A DNA stretch of 64,000 nt from Phaeosaccion multiseriatum (Eukaryota > Protista > Ochrophyta, other classes). Under the pieces are notes generated by a model. That model searched no databases, was not told where the DNA came from, and saw only the letters and a list, made by a program, of their open reading frames with translations. Below, one piece after another: positions 30,845 through 46,136 of this stretch. The first letter of the stretch is position 1. The number at the start of each line of letters is the position of its first letter. The position numbers and the translations under genes are program-made. The DNA lies in contig OZ218963.1 in the NCBI GenBank assembly GCA_965112735.1, forward strand, positions 372,001 to 436,000, written 5' to 3'.

Positions 30845-33426
30845 ATGATATACTCGGGACAGGCCGTGGCCCATCAAGCCGTTATGCAGATCTACCAGCC
30901 CCGACAGGTCATCACCAGAAAAATCAACAAGGTGGCGTGGGGGAGGCAGTGCTTGCAGCTCGTGCTGCTCTTCTTCTACTTCTACACCTTCGTGCTCACC
31001 ACAAAGAAGGTCAACTTCCTGCTCTCCACGGTGGAGCACAAGTATGAGGTGCGTTGGTCTCTGTCGTGGCTTTGTTGGCTTTGTCTTTTGTCGTTGTCGT
31101 TGTCGTCGTCCCGCTCCATTTCACACACCAGCGTCTCACACGGCCCCAGAAAACAGTAACGAAGCGAGGGGAGCATTCAACGTCTGCCTTGTACATTGTT
31201 TGTCCTTGTCTGCCGTAGATGCTTCGTTCATTCTTTGCTGCTTCTCACCATAAGGCAGGAACCACCTCCGTGTCAAAGGGGCGGGGCCCACTGCTCCGTT
31301 CCCTCTCACCACCCCCCTCCGCCAACATTTCTAACAGGGGTCTGTGCCTCCCTCCCTCCCTCCCTCCCTCCCTCCCTCCGTTCCTTCCTTCCTTCCTTCC
31401 TTCCTCCCTCCCTCCCTCCCTCCCTCCCTCCCTCCCTCCCTCCCTCCCTCCCCTCCCCTTCAGGTGGCGTGTGCCATCGGTGGCGGCTTCACGCTTCTCA
31501 CCGTACCCGTAGCCCTGTACCAGATCTCGCTCCACCTCTTCCATTTCGTGCAGCCGAGGCAACAAAGCAACGTTGTCCGCATCCTCTTCATGGTGCCGGT
31601 CTACAGCGTCAGCGGCTTCCTCTCTCTGCGTGCCCCTCGCTGGGCCCTCTTCATCACCACCGTGAGAGAGTGCTACGAAGCCTACGTCATCTACTGCTTT
31701 CTCCACTTTATGGTCTGCTTCATGGGGGAGGAGCGGCGATGCCAGAGGCGGTTGGCGCACATGCCGAGTATTGTTGGGCGTCACAGAACCCCATTCTGCT
31801 GCCTTCAACCCTGGCACATGGAGCTGGATTTCTTGCGGCGCTGCAAGCAGGGCGTGTTTCAGTACGTCTTCATCAGAGTCATGTCCACACTTGTCGCCCT
31901 CTGGCTGCAGATGAAGCACCTCTACTCGGCGGGCAGTTACGACCCCAAGCGAGGCTACTTTTGGATCACGGTGGTGACGTGCATGAGTCAAACATGGGCC
32001 TTGTACGTGCTGCTCATGTTCTATAACGCCACGCATAAGGAGCTCGGTCCGGTGCACCCAATGGGCAAGTTTCTGGCCATCAAGGGGGTGGTCTTTCTCA
32101 GCTGGTGGCAGGGCATACTCATCGAGGTAAGTGAGGGAGGGAGGGAGGGAGGGAGGGAGGGAGGGAGGGGGAGGAGTAGGGGCACGCCAGCATCCAAAGG
32201 CGGCGAGAAGGGACGATAGAAAGGGTTCATTGGAAGGACACACACACGTCAGGAACCATCTATCCCACAGCACCTGCGTGATTAGTGATTAGTCTCATGC
32301 CGGTCAACACACTTCCGCCCTTCCCTTTGGCCTGACACCAACCTCTGCCCCGATACCAGGTACTGGAGCACTACGGGCACTTTGAGAGTATGGGCATGCG
32401 TCCCAATGAGAACGTTGCGCAGGGTATTCAGGACCTCCTCGTCTGTGGGGAGATGTTCGTTGCGGCCATTGCCTTCCTCTTCGCCTTTCCGGTGAGCGAC
32501 TACATGCCTGAATCCGTGGCCAATGGAACCCTGCAGCAGCAGCAGCAGCAGCAGCGGCAGCAGCAGGATAAGGAGCAGGAGCAGCAGTTGGTGATACAGC
32601 AGCAGGAGCAGGGGAAGCAATTAGTGATACAGCAGCAGACCTTGGACGACGTTGGCGCTGGAAAATTCAGCGTGGGCATGGAGTTACAGGGGGAGCAGGA
32701 GCAGGAGCAGCAGCAGCAGTTGGTGATACAGAGGCCGCCGCCACCGTCCCCCGTGGATGTTGTGAGTCAGTCGGAGGCGTATGGTGGGTCTGATTTCGAG
32801 AAGCAACTGAAGGTGATGAGAGGAGAGCAAGAGCTGCTACTCCCGCAGGATAGCGGGAGCGAAGCAATCGAGGGTAAGAACGAGGTTGAGGGAGGAGGAG
32901 GAGGAGGAGGAGGAGGAGGAGGAGGAGGGGGGGGGGAGGTACCCCGAAGGGAGCGACTGCGGAGGCGCAGCTCGGATGGGGGCTACTGCCTCTCTCCCCT
33001 GCACTCCGCGATGCTGGACCATCCTGGGGCAGCAGAGGAGCCGCTACTGGGGAGCGAAGGGCACAGCAGCCACAATAGTAGGGTCGGCGGCTACTTCAGC
33101 GCGAGTGCTAGTAACACACCCGGCAGGTTCTCCAGTGGTGGGGAAGGAGGGGTGGGGGGATCCACGAGTGAAGGGACAACTCCTGTTGGTGGCGTGGGCG
33201 TGGGCGGGGGCGGTGGAGCGGGGGGGCAACAGTTTGGTGGTGGTTCTGCGTCATCACAATTGCAACAAATGACGACGACGACGAAGCCTCAGCACGACAG
33301 GCATTCCAAGCTGCAGCGACGGGCAACACAGGCAACGCCCCTCCTGGCGGGGGGGGGTAGTGTACTGACCGGGGGGACCGCGGTGGCCACCCACAAGCCT
33401 CATAGTCACAGCAGCCAGCTGCACGG

Positions 33427-33464
<38 letters not shown>

Positions 33465-35143
33465 TGGTGATACAGCAGCAGCAGCTGAGAGAGCCCGAGG
33501 GCTTGCTCATCCCGTCCTCAGGCTTCGTGCAGAAGAAGGCTCTACACCTCAAGCGGCACTGGCAAGGAGGACATGCCAGCAAGGCGCCCTCGCACCCACC
33601 CACCCGCTCTTCCTCGCATGGGCAGCAGCCGCAGCATCAGCAGCACCGCCACCCCCACCACCGCACGCTGCTGAGCAGCAATATCCACTCCTCCAGCGCT
33701 TCTCTCAACGACCTGTTGCTTGAGGAGGAGCTGTCGAGAGAGCCCATGCCGGTGTGTTCCCCCCCCCCCCCCCCCATCCACTGCCATCCACTGCCATCCA
33801 CTGCCATCCGCTATCGCCCACTGCCACCCCTCACCTCATCGAATGCCATCCCTGCCCCCTGCTTCCCTGACTCAACTGCTTGCTCTCTCTCCCCCCCCTC
33901 TCCTCCTCCTCCTCCTCCTGCTCCTCCTCCTCCTCCTCCTCCTGCTCCTCCTCCTCCTCCTCCTCCTCCTCCTCCTCCTCCTCCTCCTCCTCCTCCTCCT
34001 CCTCCTCCTCCTCCTCCTCCTCCTCCTCCTCCTCCTCCTCCTCCTCCTCCTCCTCCTCCTCCTCCTCCTCCTCCTCCTCCTCCTCCATACCTCAGGTGGG
34101 GCTCGCCCTTCGAGCTTGCCTGTTGCCTGTGGAGCTGCAGCACGACATTCAGGTGCGGTGCCGTGAGGGAGGGAGGGAAGCGAGGGAGGCAGGGAAGGGA
34201 GGGAGGAAAGAGGGAAGGAGGTGCCGTGCGAGAAGACATTGCTTAAGTCGTCAGTCAATGAATGCGTCTTATCATATCGAGTGCGAGTGGCGCACGTGTG
34301 AAATACTTGACGTCACTCTCTCTAACGAGTGCAAGTAGCTTGATAGATGGACTTGCCTGCCGATAGATGGGCTTGCCTGTAACGAGTGCAAGTAGCTTGA
34401 TAGATGGACCTGCCTGCCGATAGATGGATTTGCCTGCCGATAGATGGACTTGCCTGCCGATAGATGGACTTGCCTGTAACGAGTGCAAGTAGCTTGATAG
34501 ATGGACCTGCCTGCCGATAGATGGATTTGCCTGCCGATAGATGGACTGGCCTGTAACGAGTGCAAGTAGCTTGATAGATGGACTTGCCTGCCGATAGATG
34601 GACTTGCCTGCCGATAGATGGACTGGCCTGTAACGAGTGCAAGTAGCTTGATAGATGGACTTGCCTGCCGATAGATGGACTTGCCTGCCGATAGATGGAC
34701 TTGCCTGCCGATAGATGGACTGGCCTGTAACGAGTGCAAGTAGCTTGATGGATGGACTTGCCTGCCGATAGATAGACTTGCCTGCCGATAGATGGACTTG
34801 CCTGCCGATAGATGGACTTGCCTGGCGACAGTCCCCCCACCGCGGTCACAAGCACACCGCCGCTCGCTCCCCTTGCTCACGACTGACCCACCCCTTCCGC
34901 TCCCCTTGCTCACGACTGACCCACCCCTTCCGCTCCCCTTGCTCACGACTGACCCACCCCTTCCGCTGCCCTTGCCTGTCCCCCTTCCCTCTGTGCCCCT
35001 TTCCTCTGCCCCCCTCCCCTCTGTGCCCCTCCCAGGCGAGCTCGAAGAGTATGAGTAACAAGATCAAGGCAATAATGAAGAAGAGGAGGGAGAACCGCGG
35101 CGGCAGCGGCAGACAGCTGAGCAACCGACCCATGCTCTTGTAA
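30845..35143 (+). CDS. TMEM184/OSTalpha-family transmembrane protein with long low-complexity C-terminus
   Basis: QISLHLFHFVQPRQQSNVVRILFMVPVYSV, RECYEAYVIYCF, CKQGVFQYVFIR, SQTWALYVLLMFY, PMGKFLAIKGVVFLSWWQG, IQDLLVCGEMFVAAIAFLFAF. Exons approximately 30845-31048, 31464-32126, 32361-33751, 34096-34152, 35036-35143. Confidence 0.88.
34323..34825. repeat. Higher-order intronic minisatellite: [TAACGAGTGCAAGTAGCTT + 2-4 x GATAGATGGAC(T)TGCCTGCC] x6
   Basis: Two interleaved units with variable copy number of the 20-mer. Followed by three copies of a 33-bp unit at about 34865-34965. Confidence 0.9.
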
Positions 35144-35290
35144 AGAGAGAGAGAGAGAGAGTGAGGGAGTGAGAGAAGACAGCTGAGCAACCGACCCATG
35201 CTCTTGTAAAGAGAGAGAGAGAGAGAGAGTGAGGGAGTGAGAGAAGACAGCTGAGCAACCGACCCATGCTCTTGTAAAGACAGAGAGAGT
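35110..35290 (+). repeat. Triplicated ~66-bp unit containing the last codons, stop codon and start of the 3' UTR of the TMEM184 gene
   Basis: AGACAGCTGAGCAACCGACCCATGCTCTTGTAAAGA..(GA)n repeated three times. Confidence 0.9.
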
Positions 35291-35456
35291 GAGTGAGCCG
35301 AAGGGCTGCCAGTAACCTGTATATATAAATAAAGGATGGGTGTTTTGATTTGGTTGATTTATAGTAGTATCAGTAGCGGCGCGGTGTTATTGGGCCCCAA
35401 AAGCTGCTGCACAGCGATCGTATCCTTCCATCCATCCCTCAACTCAAACTCAAAAC

Positions 35457-36632
35457 TCAATTGCGTTGTTTCCTTGCCAGTCGCCAGGGCGCCTGCATAC
35501 TAAAGAGCGGAATGTACTTGCCCATCTCATCCCGTTGGTTCTGCACAATGCACTCGCTAATCCATACAAGGTTCCTGATCTCCTGTTCTTTGAGCTTGAG
35601 GAAGGCGTAGAAGCAGCCGTAGTGCATCTGTCCGTCGAAGGCAAGCTCCAGCATCTCGACGTCTCGCTCGTAGAAGGCGTCGTCGATGCTTTTGTCGCCG
35701 TAGCCTTGGTCCTGTGTGTAGTGTTACATACATATATATATATAATATATATATATAATATATATATATTATATATATATATATAAATAGTTATCGCATT
35801 TCGATCAGGGTGGTGTTAATGAAGGGGTTGCTTTAGTGACATACCTCTCCTCCTGTTGCCGTTTCATCCCCACCCAACACCACACCACATCCCTTCCAAC
35901 CAAAAATTGGGGGGACCTGCGAATGCACTGACGTCACTACGATCTACTCCTGCCTCTCTGTCCTACTGAGTCACTGACTTACTGAGTCACTGCCTTACTG
36001 AGTCACTGACCTGATGGACCTTGATGATCTCCTTGTAGACGGGGTAAGGATCAAGCACTTGCATGAGCTGCTGCTCGTTGCCCACCTCGGAGAAGGCATT
36101 GATACCCTCGGGGTACAGCTTGCCGATGCCTTGGGGGGATGGGAAGGAGGAGTGTAAACAAGAGCAGAAGGTAAAGAAGGTGTGTGAAGGTTCAGGGCTG
36201 ACCCCACATGTACGTGTCATGCACACAGAGGGCTTGAGGAACAACATATGCTTCACCCTACCCACGCACGCACGCACGCACGCACCCACCCACGCATCCA
36301 CCCATCCACCCGCGCACCCACCTGGGTAGAGCCGTCTCCGGGAGTCCATTCGCATGTGCGGTTCGTTGAGCGGTCCGCCGAAGCTGTTGAGGGTGATGTT
36401 GATGGCGTTACGGTCAGCCCTCGCGGCCAGCAAGTCGCACATGATGACTGCGGTTTCTCCTCCAACGTCCTGGCAGAAGAAGTAAAAGTCCTCCAAGTAC
36501 AGCTTCATCAGAGAGTTCTTGATAATCTCAATCTCCACCTGTGTGTGTATGTATGTGTGTGTGTGTGTGTGTGTGTATGTGTTTGTGTGCGTGGTGGGGG
36601 GGCGGGTGGAAGGAGTGGTGGTGGTGGTGGTG

Positions 36633-36663
<31 letters not shown>

Positions 36664-37210
36664 TGCGTACGTGTGTTCCATGTGTAGCGGGTAGAGACGT
36701 GGTGAAGGACGATTTCAGAGGGAGGGAGGTCAATGAGCAGAGGCGCCCGAGTAGAAGAGAAAGCTTCGTACGCATGGAACAGGGAACTAAAGAGCTGAGG
36801 AGGAGGAGGAGGAGGAGGAGGAGGAGGAGGAGAAAAAGGATTGTATTGGAAAGGAAGACAGAAGACCAAGCAGCCCCCACAAGCTTGCACAGGGGAGGAA
36901 AGACTGTTCCTCACCTCCTCTAGAACGTTCCGGACGTTCCCAGCTGTGCCGATGTCCTCCTGCTGCTCCTCGAGGAAGCGACTAAAGTAAGGCCCTACCG
37001 GCGTGTCCACCAGAACTGTTTGGTACAGGTCAGCGTATCCTGAGGGAGGGACGGGAGAACGAGAGAAAAAGAGGGGAGATGAGAGAGAGAGAGACAGAGA
37101 GGGAGAGGCGAGAAGAGACTAGAGGCCAAGAGCTCCTCCTTCCTTCCTTCCTTCCCCTGTCATCTTACTTCTACACCGGTGCCCTGTCTTCATCTCTGCC
37201 CGCTCTCTTA

Positions 37211-37269
<59 letters not shown>

Positions 37270-37280
37270 GTATCTGTATA

Positions 37281-37321
<41 letters not shown>

Positions 37322-38710
37322 ACATCCATCGGTCTGTCTGTCTGGCTGTCTGCCTGTCTGTCTGCCTGTCTGACTGACTGTCTATCTGTCTGTCTGCCTG
37401 TCTGTCTGCCTCTCTGTCTGTCTGCCTGCCTGCCTCTCTGTCTGTTTGCACGCCTATCCCTGGAGTACAGCAGCCCATATGCCTCCATATGTCTCGCCTT
37501 TTCGCCCCCCCCCCCCCCCCCACCACCACCTACTCACCCTTCGGAGTGGCTTCGAAGGCTGGAATGAGGCGCATCGTACTTTCTTTGAAGAGCCCGAGGG
37601 GGTGGCACTGCGCGATCAAGTCGTTCACATCCCTCCCACTGAGAGTGCCCTTGAGCAGCAGCATCACGTTCTGTAGGGCGGGGAGAGGCACGTCGGGGTC
37701 GAGTAAGGGCATTGGAGGAGGGAAGGAGGGGGGAGCAAGCCAGGGTGGAGGAGGGTGCCCAGCGAGCAGTTGTGGGTGCGTGCGTGCGTGTGTGTGTGTG
37801 CGTGTGTGTGTTTGTGTGTGCGTGTTGAAGACGTACCTCAATCATGTACTCGTACGTAATGTAGTCGAGGAAGGTGACGAGGGGCTCCTGCGCCTGAGCC
37901 TTGAGATACATGAACTCCTCCACCATCTTGCCAACCGCCTTGCCTTGGATCACCGCAGGGGTCACCTGAAGGGGAGGGGAGGGGAGGGGTGAGTGAGGGA
38001 GCGGCAGATAGGTAGGCACGTAGGTAGGTAGGTAGGCGGAGGGAGGGGAGTGAGTGGGTAGGTAAGTAGGTTGGAAGGGAGGGGGAGAAAGGTGGGTAGA
38101 GAGCGGGGAGGTAGGTGGGGTAGGTAGGGATGGGCAGGTAGGTAGGGTAAGGTACCTTGGTGGCCGATGCGAGGAAGTTGCCGTAGTCCGTCTCCTGCAG
38201 GTTCATCTTTACGTCCTCCAGATTGTCGCATTGGCACACATTGCTGTACTCCTGTTGCGCATTGGGTGAGCAGGCGGGGGCAACGAGGTGGTCAGGCAAG
38301 GAGGGAAAAAGAGGGAGGGATGGCCTGGAAGCGAATATCGTTGCGTGGGTTCCTGCAATCTGCACATGTTCCTCCTCTTTGATTGGAACGTCTGCTGCTG
38401 CCACTGCTGCTGCTGCTGCTGCTGCTTGAGTATTCTTGTCTCCACTCTCCCCGAGAAAGGGGAGGGAGGGAAGTGTTCGGCACCAATTTTCTCTCAACAC
38501 CTTCCTTCTTACTCAGTACAGCACTCCCATTAACAACCCCACTGACACCATCAATGATGGTACATTGCGCTAGTAGTAGCCTTAGACTACCACTCTTACC
38601 GTGTCGTTGAGAAATCCACTCCGCATACCTCTGACCACGGCCTCTGCAAAGCCATTGTGAATGTTAAAGCTTGTCATATCCCCCGCGGATATGCCCCTCA
38701 CGAACGGCAT
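35457..38710 (-). CDS. ATP6V0D: V-type proton ATPase V0 subunit d
   Basis: [131 protein letters not shown]. Confidence 0.95.
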
Positions 38711-39047
38711 ATTCGCACGCAGCGCTCACAGAGCTGCAGCTATGGGCGCCTCTCTCTGCAGCCAGCGCCAATCCCCAATCCCCAGAAGAAAGAGTATTTT
38801 TTAAGGCGTCCGTATCGCAGATCGCAATGAGGGGCAGCACGCACGAGTAGTAGCACAGGAGTTGCAAGGCAGTAACAAGAAGCAAGAGAGACAGGGAAAG
38901 AGAGAGAGAGCGAGAGAGAGAGACCAAGAGGGAGAGAAGAAAGAGAGGAAAAAAAGTGACTTTTAGCAATGCCTCCCCCCCCCCCCCGAGCGGTTCCGAG
39001 TCGAGGAGCTTGCCTGTCTGGCGGGAGAGGATTAAAAGAAAAAAAAC

Positions 39048-41863
<2,816 letters not shown>

Positions 41864-41881
41864 AGAGAGGACGTTATCATC

Positions 41882-41914
<33 letters not shown>

Positions 41915-42132
41915 TCCTCACTCCTCTAGAGAGGACTTTACCTCACTGCTCTAAAAAGAGAGGATGGGGACGTCGTTCTCCTCACGGTTTCAGTTTCTGT
42001 TTTTAGAGCCGACCTCTGCTTCCTTACACGCGAACACGCACACAATTACGTATGCATAGATTGACTCGTATGAGTCGATGGACTTGTCCTCATTGCTGTT
42101 TGTCGCTCTAGAGAGGAGACCTCGCCTCTGCT

Positions 42133-42171
<39 letters not shown>

Positions 42172-42628
42172 CGTTCCCTCCTCACTGCTCCTTGAAGACT
42201 TGAAGACTTGGATGTGTTAGGACCACTTACATAACTTAATTTAGTCCTCCAAATAAGCCGAGCCATGGGACGCACACGCGCCCACGGGGTAGAGAAGAAG
42301 CGACACAAGACCTCCCTCCCTCCCTCCCTCCGTCCCTCCCTCCCTCCCTCCCTCCCTCCCAGTTACAACCATACAATCAACTACACACATAATTTGTACA
42401 AGCAATCAAGCCTCCTCCGAGAAGCTAGGGCTCACTGGCTGACTTCCTGGCGGCCAAATGCTGGTGCTGCTGCGGCTGCTACAACTGCTGCACAGCCAGT
42501 CAGCCAAATGTCGGTGCTGCTGCTGCTATTGCTGCTGCTGCTACAACTGCTGCTGCTACTGCTGCTGCTACTGCTGGCCTATTAATCACGTCGCATGAGG
42601 CGAAAGTCACTGCTCTCGTGTAGCAGGA

Positions 42629-43375
42629 TTATGAGACAAAGGCCACGGCCATGGTGTAGTCGTAATCGATGGTAGGCACCACAGATTGGATGAACTTGAG
42701 GAAGATGAAGAGGTACTGCGAAGAGGGAGGGAGAGAGAGTGAGACATGGTTGGTGTAAGGAGTAAGGGGTGAAGGAGGGGGGAAGGGGGACATTGTGAGA
42801 GATGAAACGCATGTGGTGCATTCACAAGGCCCCTGCATGTTGATCCACGCAGGCCTCCCCATCCACTACCATCCACTGTCATCCCGTGCCCATACACGTC
42901 CACCCTGGCTGCCTATATACCTCTACTCTGCCCATCCACTGCCATCTCCTGCCCGTATACCTGATCCACCCGTGCCTCCCCATCCACTACCATCCACTGT
43001 CATCCCGTGCCCATATACGTCCACCCTGGCTGTACTCCCGTATACCTCTACTCTGCCCATCCACTGCCATCTCCTGCCCGTATACCTGATCCACCCGTGC
43101 CTCCCCCATGTTGGCGACCATCCTACGCATCACAGCGGCGTGTTTGCAGGGGTGTACAGAGGCCCAGGGCATGGAGGGATGGTGCGGATGGCACTCAATG
43201 GTGACGGTCTGGTTGTGGTAGTCCTGCATTACGTCCTCGAACATTTCATCGCCACTCAGCACCTGTGAGTGTGAGTGAGAGAGGGAGGGCAGTGAGTGAG
43301 GGAGGGGGGGAGGGAGCGAGTGAGGGAGTGAGTGAGAGAGTGAGAGAGTGAGTGAGCGAGTGAGTGGGTGAGGAG

Positions 43376-43423
<48 letters not shown>

Positions 43424-45483
43424 TGTGAGTGAGTGAGTTTCGTGTGGGTGGGAGAGTGAGTGGGCGGGTGGGTGAGCGGCTGAGTGAGTGAGTGCTGAAA
43501 GTGTTCGTACGAGCTCTAGAGCCTATCCATATCCATATGATCTTTACATTGATCGAGATCGATATTGGTCTCCTCGGTCACTTCAACTCCAACTTCAACT
43601 CCCCCCCCGGCTGGGGTCCCTCACCTGCTGCCCCTCGTCGTACCCGAAGAGCCACATCCTCGGTGTCTGATAATACTTGTCGTAGGTGATGCTCAGGTCG
43701 TAAGTGCGCGTCTTGACGATGTGGTCCTCCGGCTCCTCCGCTGTGAGGTAAGGCGCCGCGTTGAGAGTGGCCTTCTCGAGGTGTGTGAGTGCGTGCGTGC
43801 GTGCGTGCGTGCGTGAGTGCGTGCGTGCGCGCGGTGGGTGAGACGAGGGGAGGGGAGGGGGGAGGAAGAAGGAAGGAGGGAAAGGAGAGAGAGAGGCGAC
43901 GAGAGAGGAATGAAGGAATGCATGAATACTTGCATGTCGGAAGAGAGAGGAAAAGACCGACACATAATGTCGAAGCCGAGCACACAGCGCTCATCTCATC
44001 AGGCTGGCCCACTCACCCCACCTACGGCTCTACTGCCATGTACTGCCATCTATCCCACTCACTCACCTCATCGGGCTCGTCGACATTGTCTTCTACGTAC
44101 GTGTCGAGGTCCGGCAGCAAGACCTCCGCCTCCACCACCTCCACTTTATCAGCCTCTGCTCCTCCTCCTCCTGCTGCTGCTGCTACTCCTCCTCCTCCTG
44201 TTGCTCCTCCTCGTTCTCCCCCTCCTCCTCCTCCCTCTCCCTCTCCACCGTCATGTACATCACCTTCGCCCTCACCACCCCCTTTCGCCCCTCCTCCTGC
44301 CTCTGTACCACCAACTGCCGCCCCTGTCCCATGCAGTACCCCATGGAAGTGGTCGTCCCTAAGTGCCATAGCCTCAAGGTCCATGGCGACGACAGTCACC
44401 ATCCCGCTCGTGCTCTTGCCCCCCCCCGAGGAGGAGGGGGGGGGCCCGCCAATACCCATATGACCGTCTTCGGCCTGTAACTCCATCAGCTCGTCCTGAC
44501 ACGCGCACGTACACACACATACATACATACATACATACACACACACGCAAACAGACACACGTACACGCACACGCACCACGCGCACACACACGCACGCGCA
44601 CACACACAAACACACACGCACACACACAAACACACACACACACACACACGCACACACACAGAGAGAGAGAGAGAGGCGTTTATAACTCAGGAAGTACACA
44701 AGTAAGGAGCCAAGGCAAGGGAGAGGCCAGAGGGTGGGATATATGGTCGAGCTCCCCCCCCCCTCGCGTCCCATCCCTCCTCACCTGCGACGCTCCCGGC
44801 CCTGTTGCCTTGTGGATGACGTTAGGCTCCACCCATGCCTCCTCGGAGTCCCCCTCCACACCCTCCAGCTCGGTGGCCACTTCCGTGTCCCCCACATAGT
44901 CGCCCTCCAGGCTAGTCACTCTCCGATGACATGGTACTGATGTAATAGACGGGAGGGAGGGGAGGGAAAGTGAGGGTAAGTTATAGATCACTGGGGTGCG
45001 CGGGAAGGACAAGTTGCAGGAGATAAAGGGTCCTTAGGTTTGAGGCGGGAGGTGGGGAGGTACTCAGGAGGAGTTGGGCAGCAGATCACAGGCCAAGAGA
45101 ATGGGGAAGGAGGTAGGGGTGGGCAAGAAAGCGAAGCGAGTACTGTACCCTATTCTGCACCATCCGCTCCACCCGCCCCATCCCTGGCCATCACACCAAG
45201 CCAAGGAGGGGGAGAGAATGCCACGCCATCATCATCCCCTTTCCTCATCCCCGCACGCACCATGCCTAGTGACGAGGTACTGCTTGTCCTTGGGCAGGAA
45301 GGGCTTGGCGTTGGTCGCGTTGCCCGCCTCCCAGGCCCAAGTAGGGCATTTGAAGACGAGCTGGTCTCCGGCGGCCACGAATTCCTCGGGGGTGAGCACA
45401 CCCTTGGCCTCGAAGGCGCTCTCCGTGCGCACAGGGGTGAGGTACTCGCGGAAGCCCTTCACGGCCGACATGAGGCCGCTCAT
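42629..45483 (-). CDS. ATG3: Autophagy E2-like conjugating enzyme ATG3
   Basis: [110 protein letters not shown]. Confidence 0.95.
42855..43108. repeat. ~120-125-bp tandem duplication spanning an ATG3 exon end and its 5' splice site
   Basis: The block CCCATCCACTACC...CGTATACCTGATCCACCCGTGCCTCCCC occurs twice. Confidence 0.85.
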
Positions 45484-46136
45484 TGGACACACACCCTTTC
45501 TTCGATAGGAGGGCAAATGGGTTGTCCTTTCTCCTCGTTCTCTCCTTCCTAAGTAGGACGGAGGATGTGTATACCTCCTCCGCGAAGATCTGAGCTCTCC
45601 TGTTCTCTGTGTGGAGCTACACAGAAGCTTCGCGGCCACTGTTCCTCCTCCTGTCTCAAGAGAGTTGAAGAGGGGAGTTTCGACGAAGCTACCCCCTTAC
45701 CTACTTAAAGTGCGGCACTTTTGCGCGTCTCTTATCCTTCTCCTCCTTAACGAAGCATTCTACGTCTTCCTCACCCCTCTTTTCTCTCTCTCTTCACTCC
45801 TTTTCTCTGTGAAGCTGTGCACAAACTGTGGTATTACTATTAGACACCCACCCCGAAGCGCCCAAATGATGATATCGTAAAAGCAGGAGAGCACAATACC
45901 TTCAGGCGTCTCTGTTGGTGCCAACCGAAGGAGCTCAGAGGAGGGAAGGGCAGGGGGCGAAATTCTTTGGCGGATCGCGGTGGAGCAGTCTCAATAGGTC
46001 CTGGTGAAGGAGCCAGAGGTCAAGAAGCAAGATGGAGATGGGGAGACCTTCATCCGCTTCCTCACTATCCTCCCTCCGAGATGAGAAGCAGCGGATCCCA
46101 CGCCACGAGCGGCAGAGCCAACCACGGCGGCGACGG

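Noticed and set aside
34323-34825. CRISPR-like array
   Set aside because: The intervening sequences are themselves copies of one 20-mer, not unique spacers. No cas genes are present and the array sits in a eukaryotic intron.
46032-46136. Upstream in-frame ATG at 46032 as the XRN start
   Set aside because: It would bury the hydrophobic signal behind 35 charged residues, so 46137 fits better, but 46032 cannot be excluded without TSS data.
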